Source: a virus. Taken from it: 41,797 nt of DNA. Below the pieces are notes generated by a model that was given only the letters and a program-made list of their open reading frames with translations, was not told the origin of the DNA and did no database searches. Positions 6,512 to 15,118 of this stretch are shown piece by piece. Numbering within the stretch: the stretch's first letter is position 1; each line of letters opens with the position of its first letter. Location of the stretch: positions 1 to 41,797 of the IMG/VR virus record IMGVR_UViG_3300046714_000079; one strand, written 5' to 3'. The position numbers and the translations under genes are program-made.

Positions 6512-7008
6512 TGTTCGACAACGAGAGAGCGCCGTCTCCTTGGTATCACGATCAGACCGAAATGTTGGTCGGCCTTGCGCTGCGCGGTCATCCCATCGAT
6601 GACCCAGAGGCGGAACAATATCTCGATTACACATCCGGCCGAGCCAAGATGGCATCGCCGCGGTGGGTTGCCATGGTCAACCAGGGCAAACACGGGCGCC
6701 TGAGGTCGCTCAGGATGGCTGCGGCACGAGCGAAGGGCACGCACTGCAAATCGGAATGGACAGCCATGGTGGACGTTTTTGGCGGCTGCGTCCGCTGCGG
6801 CGTCGATAAGGAAAGCCTCTACGGCGGGATGCCGAGCAAGGACCACATAATTCCGATCTTTGTTGGGGGCTGCGATTGTATTGCGAACATTCAGCCTCTT
6901 TGCCGGAACTGCAATTCCGGAAAGCCGGACGCAACCGACTATCGGCCGATCGTTCGATCTGATTGGGCCATGCGCTATATCGCCCGCCTTGAAAATGGCT
7001 GGGAGTAG
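6511..7008 (+). CDS. HNH endonuclease (second copy, unrelated sequence)
   Basis: ORF 6073..7008 trimmed to ATG 6511 (TGATG junction). CVRCG...DHIIPIFVGGCDCIANIQPLCRNCNSGK is a zinc-finger HNH motif. Confidence 0.8.
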   Translation: MFDNERAPSPWYHDQTEMLVGLALRGHPIDDPEAEQYLDYTSGRAKMASPRWVAMVNQGKHGRLRSLRMAAARAKGTHCKSEWTAMVDVFGGCVRCGVDKESLYGGMPSKDHIIPIFVGGCDCIANIQPLCRNCNSGKPDATDYRPIVRSDWAMRYIARLENGWE

Positions 7009-7010
7009 TG

Positions 7011-7349
7011 ATGGCAGAACTCCCAATCATGCCGGTAAAGACGGACGCTTTGATCGCGGACACCAGCCACATGTCGCCCGAGGAATTCGGCGCATACATG
7101 CGGCTGCTCTGCGCGATGTGGCGCCACGGCGGGAGGATTACGGAGGACCCCGAGGAGCTGGCCAGGATAGCAGGCGTCACGCTGAAGCAGTGGGCGAAGA
7201 TCGCTGAGCGGGTATTGCGACCGATGACAGCCGGCGGCGGCATCCTCACGCAAAAGCGCCTGACGACGACATGGATGGACGTGCAGACAATCCGGCAGAA
7301 GCGCTCTGCGTCGGCAAACAAGAGGTGGGGAAATGGCGGCGCACATTAA
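7011..7349 (+). CDS. DUF1376-family (YdaU-like) protein
   Basis: MPVKTDALIADTSHMSPEEFGAYMRLLCAMWRHGGRI is typical of DUF1376 phage replication-region proteins. ATG 7011 sits behind GGGAG. Confidence 0.65.
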   Translation: MAELPIMPVKTDALIADTSHMSPEEFGAYMRLLCAMWRHGGRITEDPEELARIAGVTLKQWAKIAERVLRPMTAGGGILTQKRLTTTWMDVQTIRQKRSASANKRWGNGGAH

Positions 7350-7370
7350 GTACAAACGCAATGCAAATGC

Positions 7371-7385
7371 ATATGCCGGGCATAT
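7371..7385. repeat. Perfect 7-1-7 palindrome ATATGCCgGGCATAT in a low-GC intergenic region
   Basis: Read directly. Lies in the 170-nt AT-richer gap after the DUF1376 gene. Confidence 0.6.
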
Positions 7386-7520
7386 TCGGACCATGCCCGT
7401 CCGCAATGCTAACCAAAACCAAAGATACTAAACTACTTCTTTCTGAGTATGTGGCCGCGCGCGAAGAGGTCTTCCGAGGAAGCAAGAAAGTTTTCACATG
7501 AAACGCAAGGCAGGCATGGC

Positions 7521-7757
7521 ATGAGCGAGCAGAGCATGGTGGATCGGGTTTGGCCATTCGTGTTGCGTCGGAAATTTGATGCAGTGCGGCGTGAAAACTA
7601 CACTTTGCGGGATGCACTACGCGAAGCGAATGCCGAACTGCTGCGCCACCGTCGGCTATTGGCTGGGGTGCGGGCTGGATCAATCGACGTGGTAGGCGCT
7701 CTCGATCGCATTTCGCGTGCCGCCGCCCTCTCCGAATCCGAACCGAAGGGAAAGTAA
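7521..7757 (+). CDS. hypothetical coiled-coil protein
   Basis: ORF 7449..7757 trimmed to ATG 7521 (MSEQSMVDRV...). Lower GC than the core genome. Confidence 0.45.
   Translation: MSEQSMVDRVWPFVLRRKFDAVRRENYTLRDALREANAELLRHRRLLAGVRAGSIDVVGALDRISRAAALSESEPKGK
7731..7750. repeat. Left copy of a 20-nt direct repeat, tccgaatccgaaccGaaggg
   Basis: 19/20 identical to 8181..8200. The two copies bracket the low-GC gene 7832..8137. Confidence 0.85.
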
Positions 7758-7831
7758 GTGAAGAATTTGTTTCAGGAGAGAGCACAGCTCCTTGAGCCGC
7801 TAGTGCCATCAACCGGGCAGAGGAGGTGAGG

Positions 7832-8137
7832 ATGAATCTTCCGAGCAAATTCTTGGATGTCCACGGTAAACGGTTGCTCAAGGCATTCGAGCGATATGGT
7901 CCTGTGGTGCAAATCATACCGGACGAACCACTGGGCGCAGTGTCGAACAATCCGATGGCGCTTCCAGAAATGACCGTAACGGTCATCACCGTGCGCTGCA
8001 TCAACGCCTGTGGTTTCGTTCATTTTGAGGCATTCTCGAAAGCCGATCAGGACGCCGCGGCAGCATGGGCCGAGAAGCATCAGGACACGACGCGCGAGGA
8101 ATTCGACTGGCTTCCTTCATTCGCCGTAGACCGATGA
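7832..8137 (+). CDS. hypothetical protein (low-GC cassette gene)
   Basis: ATG 7832 behind GAGGAGG. 101 aa, no family recognised. Flanked by the 20-nt direct repeats. Confidence 0.6.
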   Translation: MNLPSKFLDVHGKRLLKAFERYGPVVQIIPDEPLGAVSNNPMALPEMTVTVITVRCINACGFVHFEAFSKADQDAAAAWAEKHQDTTREEFDWLPSFAVDR

Positions 8138-8180
8138 TGGCACGAACGGCAGAGCAAACTCAGGTGGTTGCCTGAACCAT

Positions 8181-8200
8181 TCCGAATCCGAACCAAAGGG
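8181..8200. repeat. Right copy of the 20-nt direct repeat, tccgaatccgaaccAaaggg
   Basis: See 7731..7750. Confidence 0.85.
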
Positions 8201-8209
8201 CTAGACCAG

Positions 8210-8815
8210 ATGCACGGGAACATCGCGATGCAGCTCGGAAGAAACCGCAAGGGCCGAAAGCGCAAGAGCGGCTACCGCAAGCCTTCGGGCGATGTCATCC
8301 TCATTCGAACGGATTACCGAGCAATGGCCGCGCTCACACCCACCCGCATTTCGCTTCCAGCGGCCTACCGACTCGATGAACGCGCCGAGACGCAGATCGG
8401 GCGGCTCAACATCGTTTGGCGCACCAGCGGGCTTCCCTACGCGACCAGGCCGGGTATCCCGGATGTCGAATACGAGGCCGGCACCAAATACGCCAACGTC
8501 GTCCGCGCCTATCTCCGGCTGGCCAATGCGCCCAGGCTCGCGCAGATGCAAAACCTATGGCCCTCGGGCTCCGACCCGGAAGCATTGCCGGCGCAGCGGC
8601 GAAGCGTGGAGCTCGATCCGGACGGCGAGAAGGTGACCGAGCGATACACGCGGGCCTACGAGGCGGTATCGGATTCCGCTGGCCGGCCGGGCCACATGGC
8701 GGTAAATCGCGCGGTGGTTCACGATCAGCCTTGCTCGGCCGACCAACTTATCCACCTACGGGTAGCCCTTCGCGGGCTTGCCGCATACTTCGGCTTGACA
8801 AATCAGAGAAATTAG
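8210..8815 (+). CDS. hypothetical protein
   Basis: ORF 8168..8815 has a TTG start. The first ATG is 8210 (MHGNIAMQLG...), with ATG 8228 also possible. No family recognised. Confidence 0.55.
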   Translation: MHGNIAMQLGRNRKGRKRKSGYRKPSGDVILIRTDYRAMAALTPTRISLPAAYRLDERAETQIGRLNIVWRTSGLPYATRPGIPDVEYEAGTKYANVVRAYLRLANAPRLAQMQNLWPSGSDPEALPAQRRSVELDPDGEKVTERYTRAYEAVSDSAGRPGHMAVNRAVVHDQPCSADQLIHLRVALRGLAAYFGLTNQRN

Positions 8816-8827
8816 AGGAGGTGGGAA

Positions 8828-9109
8828 ATGCAAACTCCCAAATCACGCCCTGACCTGACCCCCACCGAGATCATCCGTCTCGGCATTCAATCCGGCCAGC
8901 CTGCTGATGTCATCATCGCTAGCCTGGAGGCAGCGGGGTGGGTTTGCGTACCGGTAGAGCCGAAAGCTGAAATGCTCAGAGCCGCAACTCTCGCTGAACA
9001 TGAGCACTTTTATGCAGGCAAGAGCATGACATCGCATACTTGGAACTCTTTGTCTTGCATGTTTGTCGCGAAACTGTACCGCGCCATGCTCTCAGCCCGC
9101 CCCAAGTAG
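8828..9109 (+). CDS. hypothetical protein
   Basis: 93-aa ORF behind a GAGGAGGTGGG RBS. Confidence 0.6.
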   Translation: MQTPKSRPDLTPTEIIRLGIQSGQPADVIIASLEAAGWVCVPVEPKAEMLRAATLAEHEHFYAGKSMTSHTWNSLSCMFVAKLYRAMLSARPK

Positions 9110-9166
9110 CCGAATAGCGGGACACCATGCGCCAAAAGACAATTCAACAGCTTAGTATGCAAAACC

Positions 9167-9481
9167 ATGCCGTTTCAGCCGGGAAACACTGAAGGCCGAA
9201 AGAGCCAGAAGCACAAGCCGTATCGTGACGCTCTCCTGATGGAGGTAGCGCTTGCCGAGAAGGGCGAGGAATCGCCTGCTCCGATCGGCTCGCTGCGCTG
9301 GATAGCCCGTCAGCAACTCATTCGAGCCGGCGAAGACACTTCGGCTGTGAAGGAAATAGCGGATCGTCTGGATGGCAAGGTTCCGCAGGCTGTTGGTGGT
9401 GTAGATGAGGACGGCGACCTCGCGCCACTCGTCCCGATCATCAACCTCTCAGGACGCCCTGGATCTTCATCTACATCCTAA
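9167..9481 (+). CDS. putative terminase small subunit
   Basis: Lies immediately upstream of TerL. The N-terminus MPFQPGNTEGRK resembles the F-x-P-G-x-S-G-N-P type small-terminase N-terminus. Called mainly on position. Confidence 0.45.
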   Translation: MPFQPGNTEGRKSQKHKPYRDALLMEVALAEKGEESPAPIGSLRWIARQQLIRAGEDTSAVKEIADRLDGKVPQAVGGVDEDGDLAPLVPIINLSGRPGSSSTS

Positions 9482-10919
9482 GCAGTGGGTGGCATTCGAA
9501 ACGCTGGCGACCGAGGTTCTATACGGCGGCGCCGCGGGTGGTGGCAAATCTCACCTGATGCGCATTGCCGCCATCGTGTGGTGTACGGCAATCTCGGGTC
9601 TTCAGGTCTACTTGTTCCGCCGCATTCGCGATGACCTGATCAAGAACCACATGGAAGGCCCGAAAGGCTTCCGCGCTACACTGGCGCCATGGGTTGTCGC
9701 AGGCTGGTGCGAAATCGTTGAGGACGAAATCCGTTTCTGGAACGGCTCGAAAATCTATCTGTGCCACTGCAAGGATGAAAAGGACATCTACAAGTACCAG
9801 GGCGCAGAAATCCATGTGCTCCTGATCGATGAGCTGACGCACTTCACCGAGACGATGTACCGGTTTCTCCGCAACCGCGTTCGCATGGTCGGCCTGACAA
9901 TCCCGAAGGAATATGCCGGCCGGTTCCCGCGCATCCTGTGCGGCGCGAACCCCGGCAATATCGGGCATCTGTGGGTGAAGACCACATTCGTCCTGTTCGG
10001 CCAGCCAATGGCTGTCACGCTCACGGAATCGAAAGAGGGCGGCATGCGCCGTCAGTTCATTCCGGCACAGCTCGATGACAACCCGAGCATGACCGTGGAC
10101 GACCCTGGTTACGAGGGACGGCTCGAGGGCCTCGGCTCCGAGCAGCTCGTCAAGGCGATGCGCTGGGGCGATTGGGATGTGATCGAAGGCGCGTTCTTCG
10201 ATTGCTGGAATGCGCGCCGGCACGTCATTCGGCCGTTCGAGGTTCCGAAGGATTGGGGTAGGTTCCGATCAGGGGATTGGGGTTCGGCACATCCGTTCAG
10301 CTTCGGCTGGTGGGCGATCGTAAGCGACGCCTACAAGACCGAATGCGGCATCTGGCTTCCGCGGGGCTGTCTCGTTCGATATCGCGAGTATTACGGGATG
10401 CTGCCGGGCAAGCCGAATGTGGGCCTGAAGCTTCCGGCCGAGAAGGTTGGTGCCGAGATTTGGAAGCGCGAGCAGGATGACCCGAAGCTGAGTTACGGCG
10501 TGCTCGACCCCGCGGCCTTCGCGGAGGATGGCGGCCCGTCGATCGAGGAGCGGATCAGGAACGGCTCCGACCGCAAGATCTTCTTCAATCGCGCTGACAA
10601 CAAGCGGGTGCCGCAGCGCGGCGCCATGGGAGGTTGGGATCAGATGCGTGGTCGGATGATCGGCGAAGCCGAGGACCGGCCGATGATCGTGTGTTTCTCG
10701 ACGTGCATGGACAGCATCAGGACAATCCCCGCGCTGCAGCACGACCAGGCCAAGCCGGAAGACCTCGACACGGACGGCGAGGACCACAGCGCGGATGAGT
10801 GGCGGTACGCCTGCATGTCCCGCCCATGGTTGCCGCCGAGCAAGGCGCCGCCCGCAAAGCCGCGGGATCGCTGGGACCGCGAGCCGAAAGACGACGTGGA
10901 AAACTGGAAAACCGCGTAA
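9405..10919 (+). CDS. terL: terminase large subunit
   Basis: Walker A YGGAAGGGKS, plus LLIDELTHF and a C-terminal nuclease-like region. 504 aa, directly followed by the portal. The start is uncertain because ATG 9405 overlaps TerS by 77 nt. Confidence 0.85.
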   Translation: MRTATSRHSSRSSTSQDALDLHLHPKQWVAFETLATEVLYGGAAGGGKSHLMRIAAIVWCTAISGLQVYLFRRIRDDLIKNHMEGPKGFRATLAPWVVAGWCEIVEDEIRFWNGSKIYLCHCKDEKDIYKYQGAEIHVLLIDELTHFTETMYRFLRNRVRMVGLTIPKEYAGRFPRILCGANPGNIGHLWVKTTFVLFGQPMAVTLTESKEGGMRRQFIPAQLDDNPSMTVDDPGYEGRLEGLGSEQLVKAMRWGDWDVIEGAFFDCWNARRHVIRPFEVPKDWGRFRSGDWGSAHPFSFGWWAIVSDAYKTECGIWLPRGCLVRYREYYGMLPGKPNVGLKLPAEKVGAEIWKREQDDPKLSYGVLDPAAFAEDGGPSIEERIRNGSDRKIFFNRADNKRVPQRGAMGGWDQMRGRMIGEAEDRPMIVCFSTCMDSIRTIPALQHDQAKPEDLDTDGEDHSADEWRYACMSRPWLPPSKAPPAKPRDRWDREPKDDVENWKTA

Positions 10920-12956
10920 ATGCAAGCCATCGCCGAAATCCTCCGACCGGACGAAACAACCCCGGTCGACAACCAGCGCGAGTCTGACGGCAAGCTGACC
11001 GTCAACGACCTCGTGCGCATGTTTGAGGAATCGGAAGACGCCAGCCTTGACGCCCGTAAGGAAGCCGAGCGCGATCGGGATTACGTCGACAACAAGCAAC
11101 TAACCGCGGACGAAATCGCGACGCTCCAGAAACGCGGCCAGCCTCCGCAGATCGACAACCGCATCAAGACCAAGATCGACTATCTGGTCGGGCTGGAGAA
11201 GCAACAGCGCATCGACCCGATCGCGCGGCCTCGCACCCCGGTCCACGAGCAGGACGCCTCGAGCGCCACAGAAGCGCTGCGCTACGTGGCCGATGGCGAG
11301 GACTACGACAACAAGCGCTCGGGCATCTGGCGCAACATGCTGGTGGAAGGTGCCGGCGGAATCGCGGTGCGGGTCGAGCCCGAGTACGGCGATGAGTTGT
11401 GCATCAAGCTCCAGCGCACGCCATGGGACCGGATGTTCTGGGACCCGCATTCGGCCGAGGCTGATTTCGAGGACGCCGGCTATCTCGGCCTCGTACTCTG
11501 GCAGAACTACGACGACGCGCTGCTGATGTATCCGGAGGGCAAGGAAGCGCTCGACACCACGCTGCGTACGGCGCCGTCCGACACCTACGACGACAAGCCC
11601 AAGTTCAGCCATTGGGCTGACAAGAAGCGCAAGCGCGTCCGCATCGTTCAGATCTGGATCAAGCAGGGCAAGGACTGGCATTTCGCTGAGTTCACCAAGG
11701 GTGGCATTCTCAAGGCCGGACCTTCCCCGCACAGGACCGACAAGGACGAGAGCGACGGGGAGCTGTTCTTCCAGTCGGCCTATGTGGACCGGGACAACAA
11801 CCGATACGGCCTCGTGCGTGAGATGATCACGCTGCAGGACGGTATCAACAAGCGCAAGTCGAAGTCGCTGCATCTGCTGAACACGCATCAGACGACCTAC
11901 GAAGACGGCTCGATCGACAATATCGAGGAATACCGCAAGCAGAAAGCTCGCCCGGACGGCACGATGCGGGTTAATCCCGGCGCGCTGTCCAATCCCAATG
12001 GCCCGAGGATCACGAGCGAAACGCGCGTGGATCTCGCCCAAGCTCACATGCTGTTGCTGCAAGATGACAAAAACTCCATTGATCTTAAAGGACCGAATGC
12101 TACCGCCATGGGCGATAAGGCTCAGGGCTCTAGTGCGGCATCTGGAAGAGCAATATTGGCATCGCAACAGGGCGGGATGGTCTCGCTCGGCGACTTGCTC
12201 GATAACCTACGTCACCTCGACCGGCGGGTTTTCCGCGCCGTCTGGTATCGCATCCGGCAATACTGGACCGGGCAGAAGTGGATTCGCGTCACCGACGACG
12301 AGACGAATGTGAAGTGGGTCGGCGTCAATGTCGATCCGATGCAGGTTCAGCAGGCCATGCAGCAGCGGCCTGAGATGCAGGGCAAGATCGCTGGCGTAAT
12401 TGCGAACGTGGCCGAGCTCGACTGCGACATCATCATCGATGAGGTGCCGGACGTGATCCTGGCGCAGGAGCAGTTCCAGCAATTGCTCGAGATGAAGCAA
12501 TACGACGCCGAGAACGAGATTCCGTTCCGCGAACTGATCCTCGCATCCTCGATCAAGGACAAGCAGAAGTTCGTTCAGGCAATGGACAAGCGGGCGGCCG
12601 AACGCCAGCAGTCGCCCGGCGCGCAGTTGCAGCAGCGCGGCGCGGTTGCCGAGGTGAAGAAGACCGAAAGCGAAACCATCCTCAATCTTGCCAAGGCGCA
12701 TCAGGCCGGACAGCCCGAGCAGCCCGACATGATCCAGCCGCAACAGCAGCAATTCGAGGTTCCGCCCGAGCTGCAGATCGGCAAGGCGATTGCCGACATT
12801 GAGCATGTCAGGGCAAACACCGAGAAGGTGCGGACGGATACCGCGCTGGCGCCGCCCAAGGCGATGCACGACGCGCAGATGAAACAGGATGCGCTTGCGC
12901 AGCGTGCGCAGCAGGCCAGGTTGATGGCCGCGCGACCGCAGGGCGACGCCCGATGA
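10920..12956 (+). CDS. portal protein (P22-like)
   Basis: 678 aa, abutting the TerL stop. N-terminal blocks SEDASLDARKEAERDRDY and PQIDNRIKTKIDYLVGLEKQQRIDPIARPRT parallel the P22 gp1 N-terminus. Long Q-rich helical C-tail. Confidence 0.8.
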   Translation: MQAIAEILRPDETTPVDNQRESDGKLTVNDLVRMFEESEDASLDARKEAERDRDYVDNKQLTADEIATLQKRGQPPQIDNRIKTKIDYLVGLEKQQRIDPIARPRTPVHEQDASSATEALRYVADGEDYDNKRSGIWRNMLVEGAGGIAVRVEPEYGDELCIKLQRTPWDRMFWDPHSAEADFEDAGYLGLVLWQNYDDALLMYPEGKEALDTTLRTAPSDTYDDKPKFSHWADKKRKRVRIVQIWIKQGKDWHFAEFTKGGILKAGPSPHRTDKDESDGELFFQSAYVDRDNNRYGLVREMITLQDGINKRKSKSLHLLNTHQTTYEDGSIDNIEEYRKQKARPDGTMRVNPGALSNPNGPRITSETRVDLAQAHMLLLQDDKNSIDLKGPNATAMGDKAQGSSAASGRAILASQQGGMVSLGDLLDNLRHLDRRVFRAVWYRIRQYWTGQKWIRVTDDETNVKWVGVNVDPMQVQQAMQQRPEMQGKIAGVIANVAELDCDIIIDEVPDVILAQEQFQQLLEMKQYDAENEIPFRELILASSIKDKQKFVQAMDKRAAERQQSPGAQLQQRGAVAEVKKTESETILNLAKAHQAGQPEQPDMIQPQQQQFEVPPELQIGKAIADIEHVRANTEKVRTDTALAPPKAMHDAQMKQDALAQRAQQARLMAARPQGDAR

Positions 12957-13048
12957 TCCGAGATCCGTCATGGCTTGAGTTCGTAATCGCCATACCGATC
13001 GCTGGGTTTCTCGCCCTTGCCTACATCAAGGGCGTGACCAAGACTTGA
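12953..13048 (+). CDS. small membrane protein (31 aa)
   Basis: Hand-translated as MIRDPSWLEFVIAIPIAGFLALAYIKGVTKT. ATGA overlap with the portal stop. Confidence 0.35.
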   Translation: MIRDPSWLEFVIAIPIAGFLALAYIKGVTKT

Positions 13049-13052
13049 CGAC

Positions 13053-13127
13053 CCGCCGCCGGGGTTAACGGGCGCTCGTCCCCCTGAGGACGCTTAAACA
13101 CAGGGCCGCCGCCGGGTATCGGGCGCC
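13053..13127. repeat. Two ~22-nt GC-rich direct repeats between portal and scaffold genes
   Basis: 13053..13075 ccgccgccggggttaacgggcgc versus 13106..13127 gccgccgccgggtatcgggcgc. Confidence 0.6.
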
Positions 13128-13158
13128 AGAGCACTAGCTCGCAAAACTAGGATGCCAC

Positions 13159-13959
13159 ATGCAATCGCTGGATAACATCCTGGCGAGCCGGGAAACCGTG
13201 CCCGCGCAGGAAACGCAGGATCAGACGACGCAGGCCGCGGAAGTCACCGAGGCCGAATCGACCGAGCAGGCCACGGAGACGACCGAGGGCGAACCGTCGA
13301 AAGACGGCAAGCCACCCATCGGCGCAATCCGTCAGGCCGAACGGGAGAAAGCCACCAAGCGCTACACGGAACAGGTCGCCGACTTCGACAAGCGACTGGC
13401 CGAGACCAACGCGGCTTGGGACCGTCGTTTTACGCAACTGCTGGAAACGGTAAAGCCGAAGGCCGAACCGCAGCCAGCACCGGACATCTTCGAAAACCCG
13501 TCTGCTTTCGTTCACCAGCAGGTGAATGGTCCGCTGACGGAAATGCGCCAAGTCCTGATGCACAATTCCCGGCTCATCGCCGAGCAGCGGCATTCGGACG
13601 ATGCGGTGCAGGCGGCAGATGACGCCTTTTCGAGAGCTGTTGCGGCACGCTCGATCGATCCTTCCGACTACCAGCGAGTGATGAACAGCCCGAATCCCTA
13701 CGACGCGGCTGTGAAGTGGCACAAGCGCCAGCAAGCTCAAGCCGAAATCGGTGACGATCCCGCGGCCTTCCGGACGAAGGTTGAAGCGGAGATCCGCGCC
13801 AAGCTCGAGCAAGAGGCACAGAACGGACAGACGGAACAGACGACGCAAACCCAGCAGCGCGTCATGCCGTCGAACCTCGCAGCCGCTCGCAACGTCGGAA
13901 GCCGAGCAGGCCCGACATGGGGTGGCCCCAAACCGCTGAACGACATCTTCAAGCGATAG
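13159..13959 (+). CDS. putative scaffolding protein
   Basis: 266 aa, acidic, Q/E/A-rich and helical. Lies between portal and major capsid genes. Confidence 0.6.
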   Translation: MQSLDNILASRETVPAQETQDQTTQAAEVTEAESTEQATETTEGEPSKDGKPPIGAIRQAEREKATKRYTEQVADFDKRLAETNAAWDRRFTQLLETVKPKAEPQPAPDIFENPSAFVHQQVNGPLTEMRQVLMHNSRLIAEQRHSDDAVQAADDAFSRAVAARSIDPSDYQRVMNSPNPYDAAVKWHKRQQAQAEIGDDPAAFRTKVEAEIRAKLEQEAQNGQTEQTTQTQQRVMPSNLAAARNVGSRAGPTWGGPKPLNDIFKR

Positions 13960-14008
13960 CGCCTAACGGCCGTCGCGCGATGTCGTTCGTCTCAAAGGAT
14001 TAACGACA

Positions 14009-15106
14009 ATGGCCGACTCTCGCGCCTCCACTGGCCTTACCCCCGAACAATGGGACGACCAGTTCTTTGTCGAGTACCTCTCCGAGAACCGCTATTCCGG
14101 CGAGATGGGGACTGACGAAGCCTCCATCATTCAGGTGAAGGAAAACCTCTCCAAGAAGGCCGGCGACCGCATCAATTTTGCTCTCGTCAACAAGGCCACG
14201 CAGGACGCGGTGACCGGCCGCGGCACGATGGAAGGCAACGAGGAGGACATGGCGTCCCGCTCGTTCGAAGTGGCTGTCGACAAGCGCCGCAACGCCGTCC
14301 GTGTTGCCGAGGTGGACGAGCAGTTCTCGGCGATCTCGCTGCGCGATGCCGGCAAACACGTCCTGAAGGAATGGTCGCTGAAGGACACCGAGAAGCTGAT
14401 CAGCCAGGCTCTCGGGTCGATCAACGGCGTGACGCTCGCGGCCTCGACCGAATCCCAGCGTGACGCCTGGCTGACCGACAACACCGACCGGGTCTATGAC
14501 CCCTCGGCCACCAACGGCACCGACCACAGCGCGATCTGGGATGCGCTCGACACGACCAACGACCGCCTGACGGCGGCCGACGTGTCGGCCATGAAGTACA
14601 TGGCCCAGGTCACGGCAAGCCCGAAGATCCGTCCGATCCGCAACGAGGCGAACGGCCGACATTACTACATCCTGTACTGCGATCCGCGCTCGTTCCGTGA
14701 CCTCAAGAACGAGTCCTCATCTCCGATCGCGCAGGCGCAGCGCGAGGTCATGCTCGAGATGGAGAACAACCGGCTGTTCAAGGGCGGTGATCTGCTCTGG
14801 GATGGCGTCATCATCAAGGAAGTGATCGACATCTACGACCAGTTCGCCGTGACCCTCACCAACGAGGGTGCGTCGGCCACGGCCGAGGTGGCGGTGAACT
14901 TCCTCTGCGGAGCGCAGGCGGTTGGCGTGGCGTATGCCCGCCGCTGGAAGACCACAACGCAGGACTTCGACTACGGCGACAAGCACGGCATCGAAATCTC
15001 ATCGATCTACGGTGTCGGCAAGATGCAGTTCGGCTCCGGCGCGGCCGACCGTGACGACCTCAAAGACCACGGTGTCGTCACCGGCTATTTCGCGACCGTG
15101 ACGTAA
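14009..15106 (+). CDS. major capsid protein (N4 gp56 / DUF4043-type family)
   Basis: KKAGDRINFALVNKATQDAVTGRGTMEGNEEDMASRSFEVAVDKRRNAV matches the hallmark GD-x-I-x-F ... EGNEE ... block of this capsid family. Very high GC3. Confidence 0.8.
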   Translation: MADSRASTGLTPEQWDDQFFVEYLSENRYSGEMGTDEASIIQVKENLSKKAGDRINFALVNKATQDAVTGRGTMEGNEEDMASRSFEVAVDKRRNAVRVAEVDEQFSAISLRDAGKHVLKEWSLKDTEKLISQALGSINGVTLAASTESQRDAWLTDNTDRVYDPSATNGTDHSAIWDALDTTNDRLTAADVSAMKYMAQVTASPKIRPIRNEANGRHYYILYCDPRSFRDLKNESSSPIAQAQREVMLEMENNRLFKGGDLLWDGVIIKEVIDIYDQFAVTLTNEGASATAEVAVNFLCGAQAVGVAYARRWKTTTQDFDYGDKHGIEISSIYGVGKMQFGSGAADRDDLKDHGVVTGYFATVT

Positions 15107-15118
15107 GGAGGCGAGCAC

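Noticed and set aside
7361-7501. 46-codon ORF (MQMHMPGIFGPCPSAM...) in the AT-richer gap
   Set aside because: No RBS, atypical composition, and it overlaps the palindrome. It is kept only as a possibility mentioned under the intergenic finding.
10269-12167. Long minus-strand ORFs (10269..11099, 11100..12167), with similar ones at 13147..13848, 14000..14662, 14999..15676, 20999..22312, 23868..24680, 24987..25694 and 31458..32147
   Set aside because: All lie antisense to well-supported structural or lysis genes and translate to R/G/A/P-rich sequence, so they are high-GC frame artefacts.
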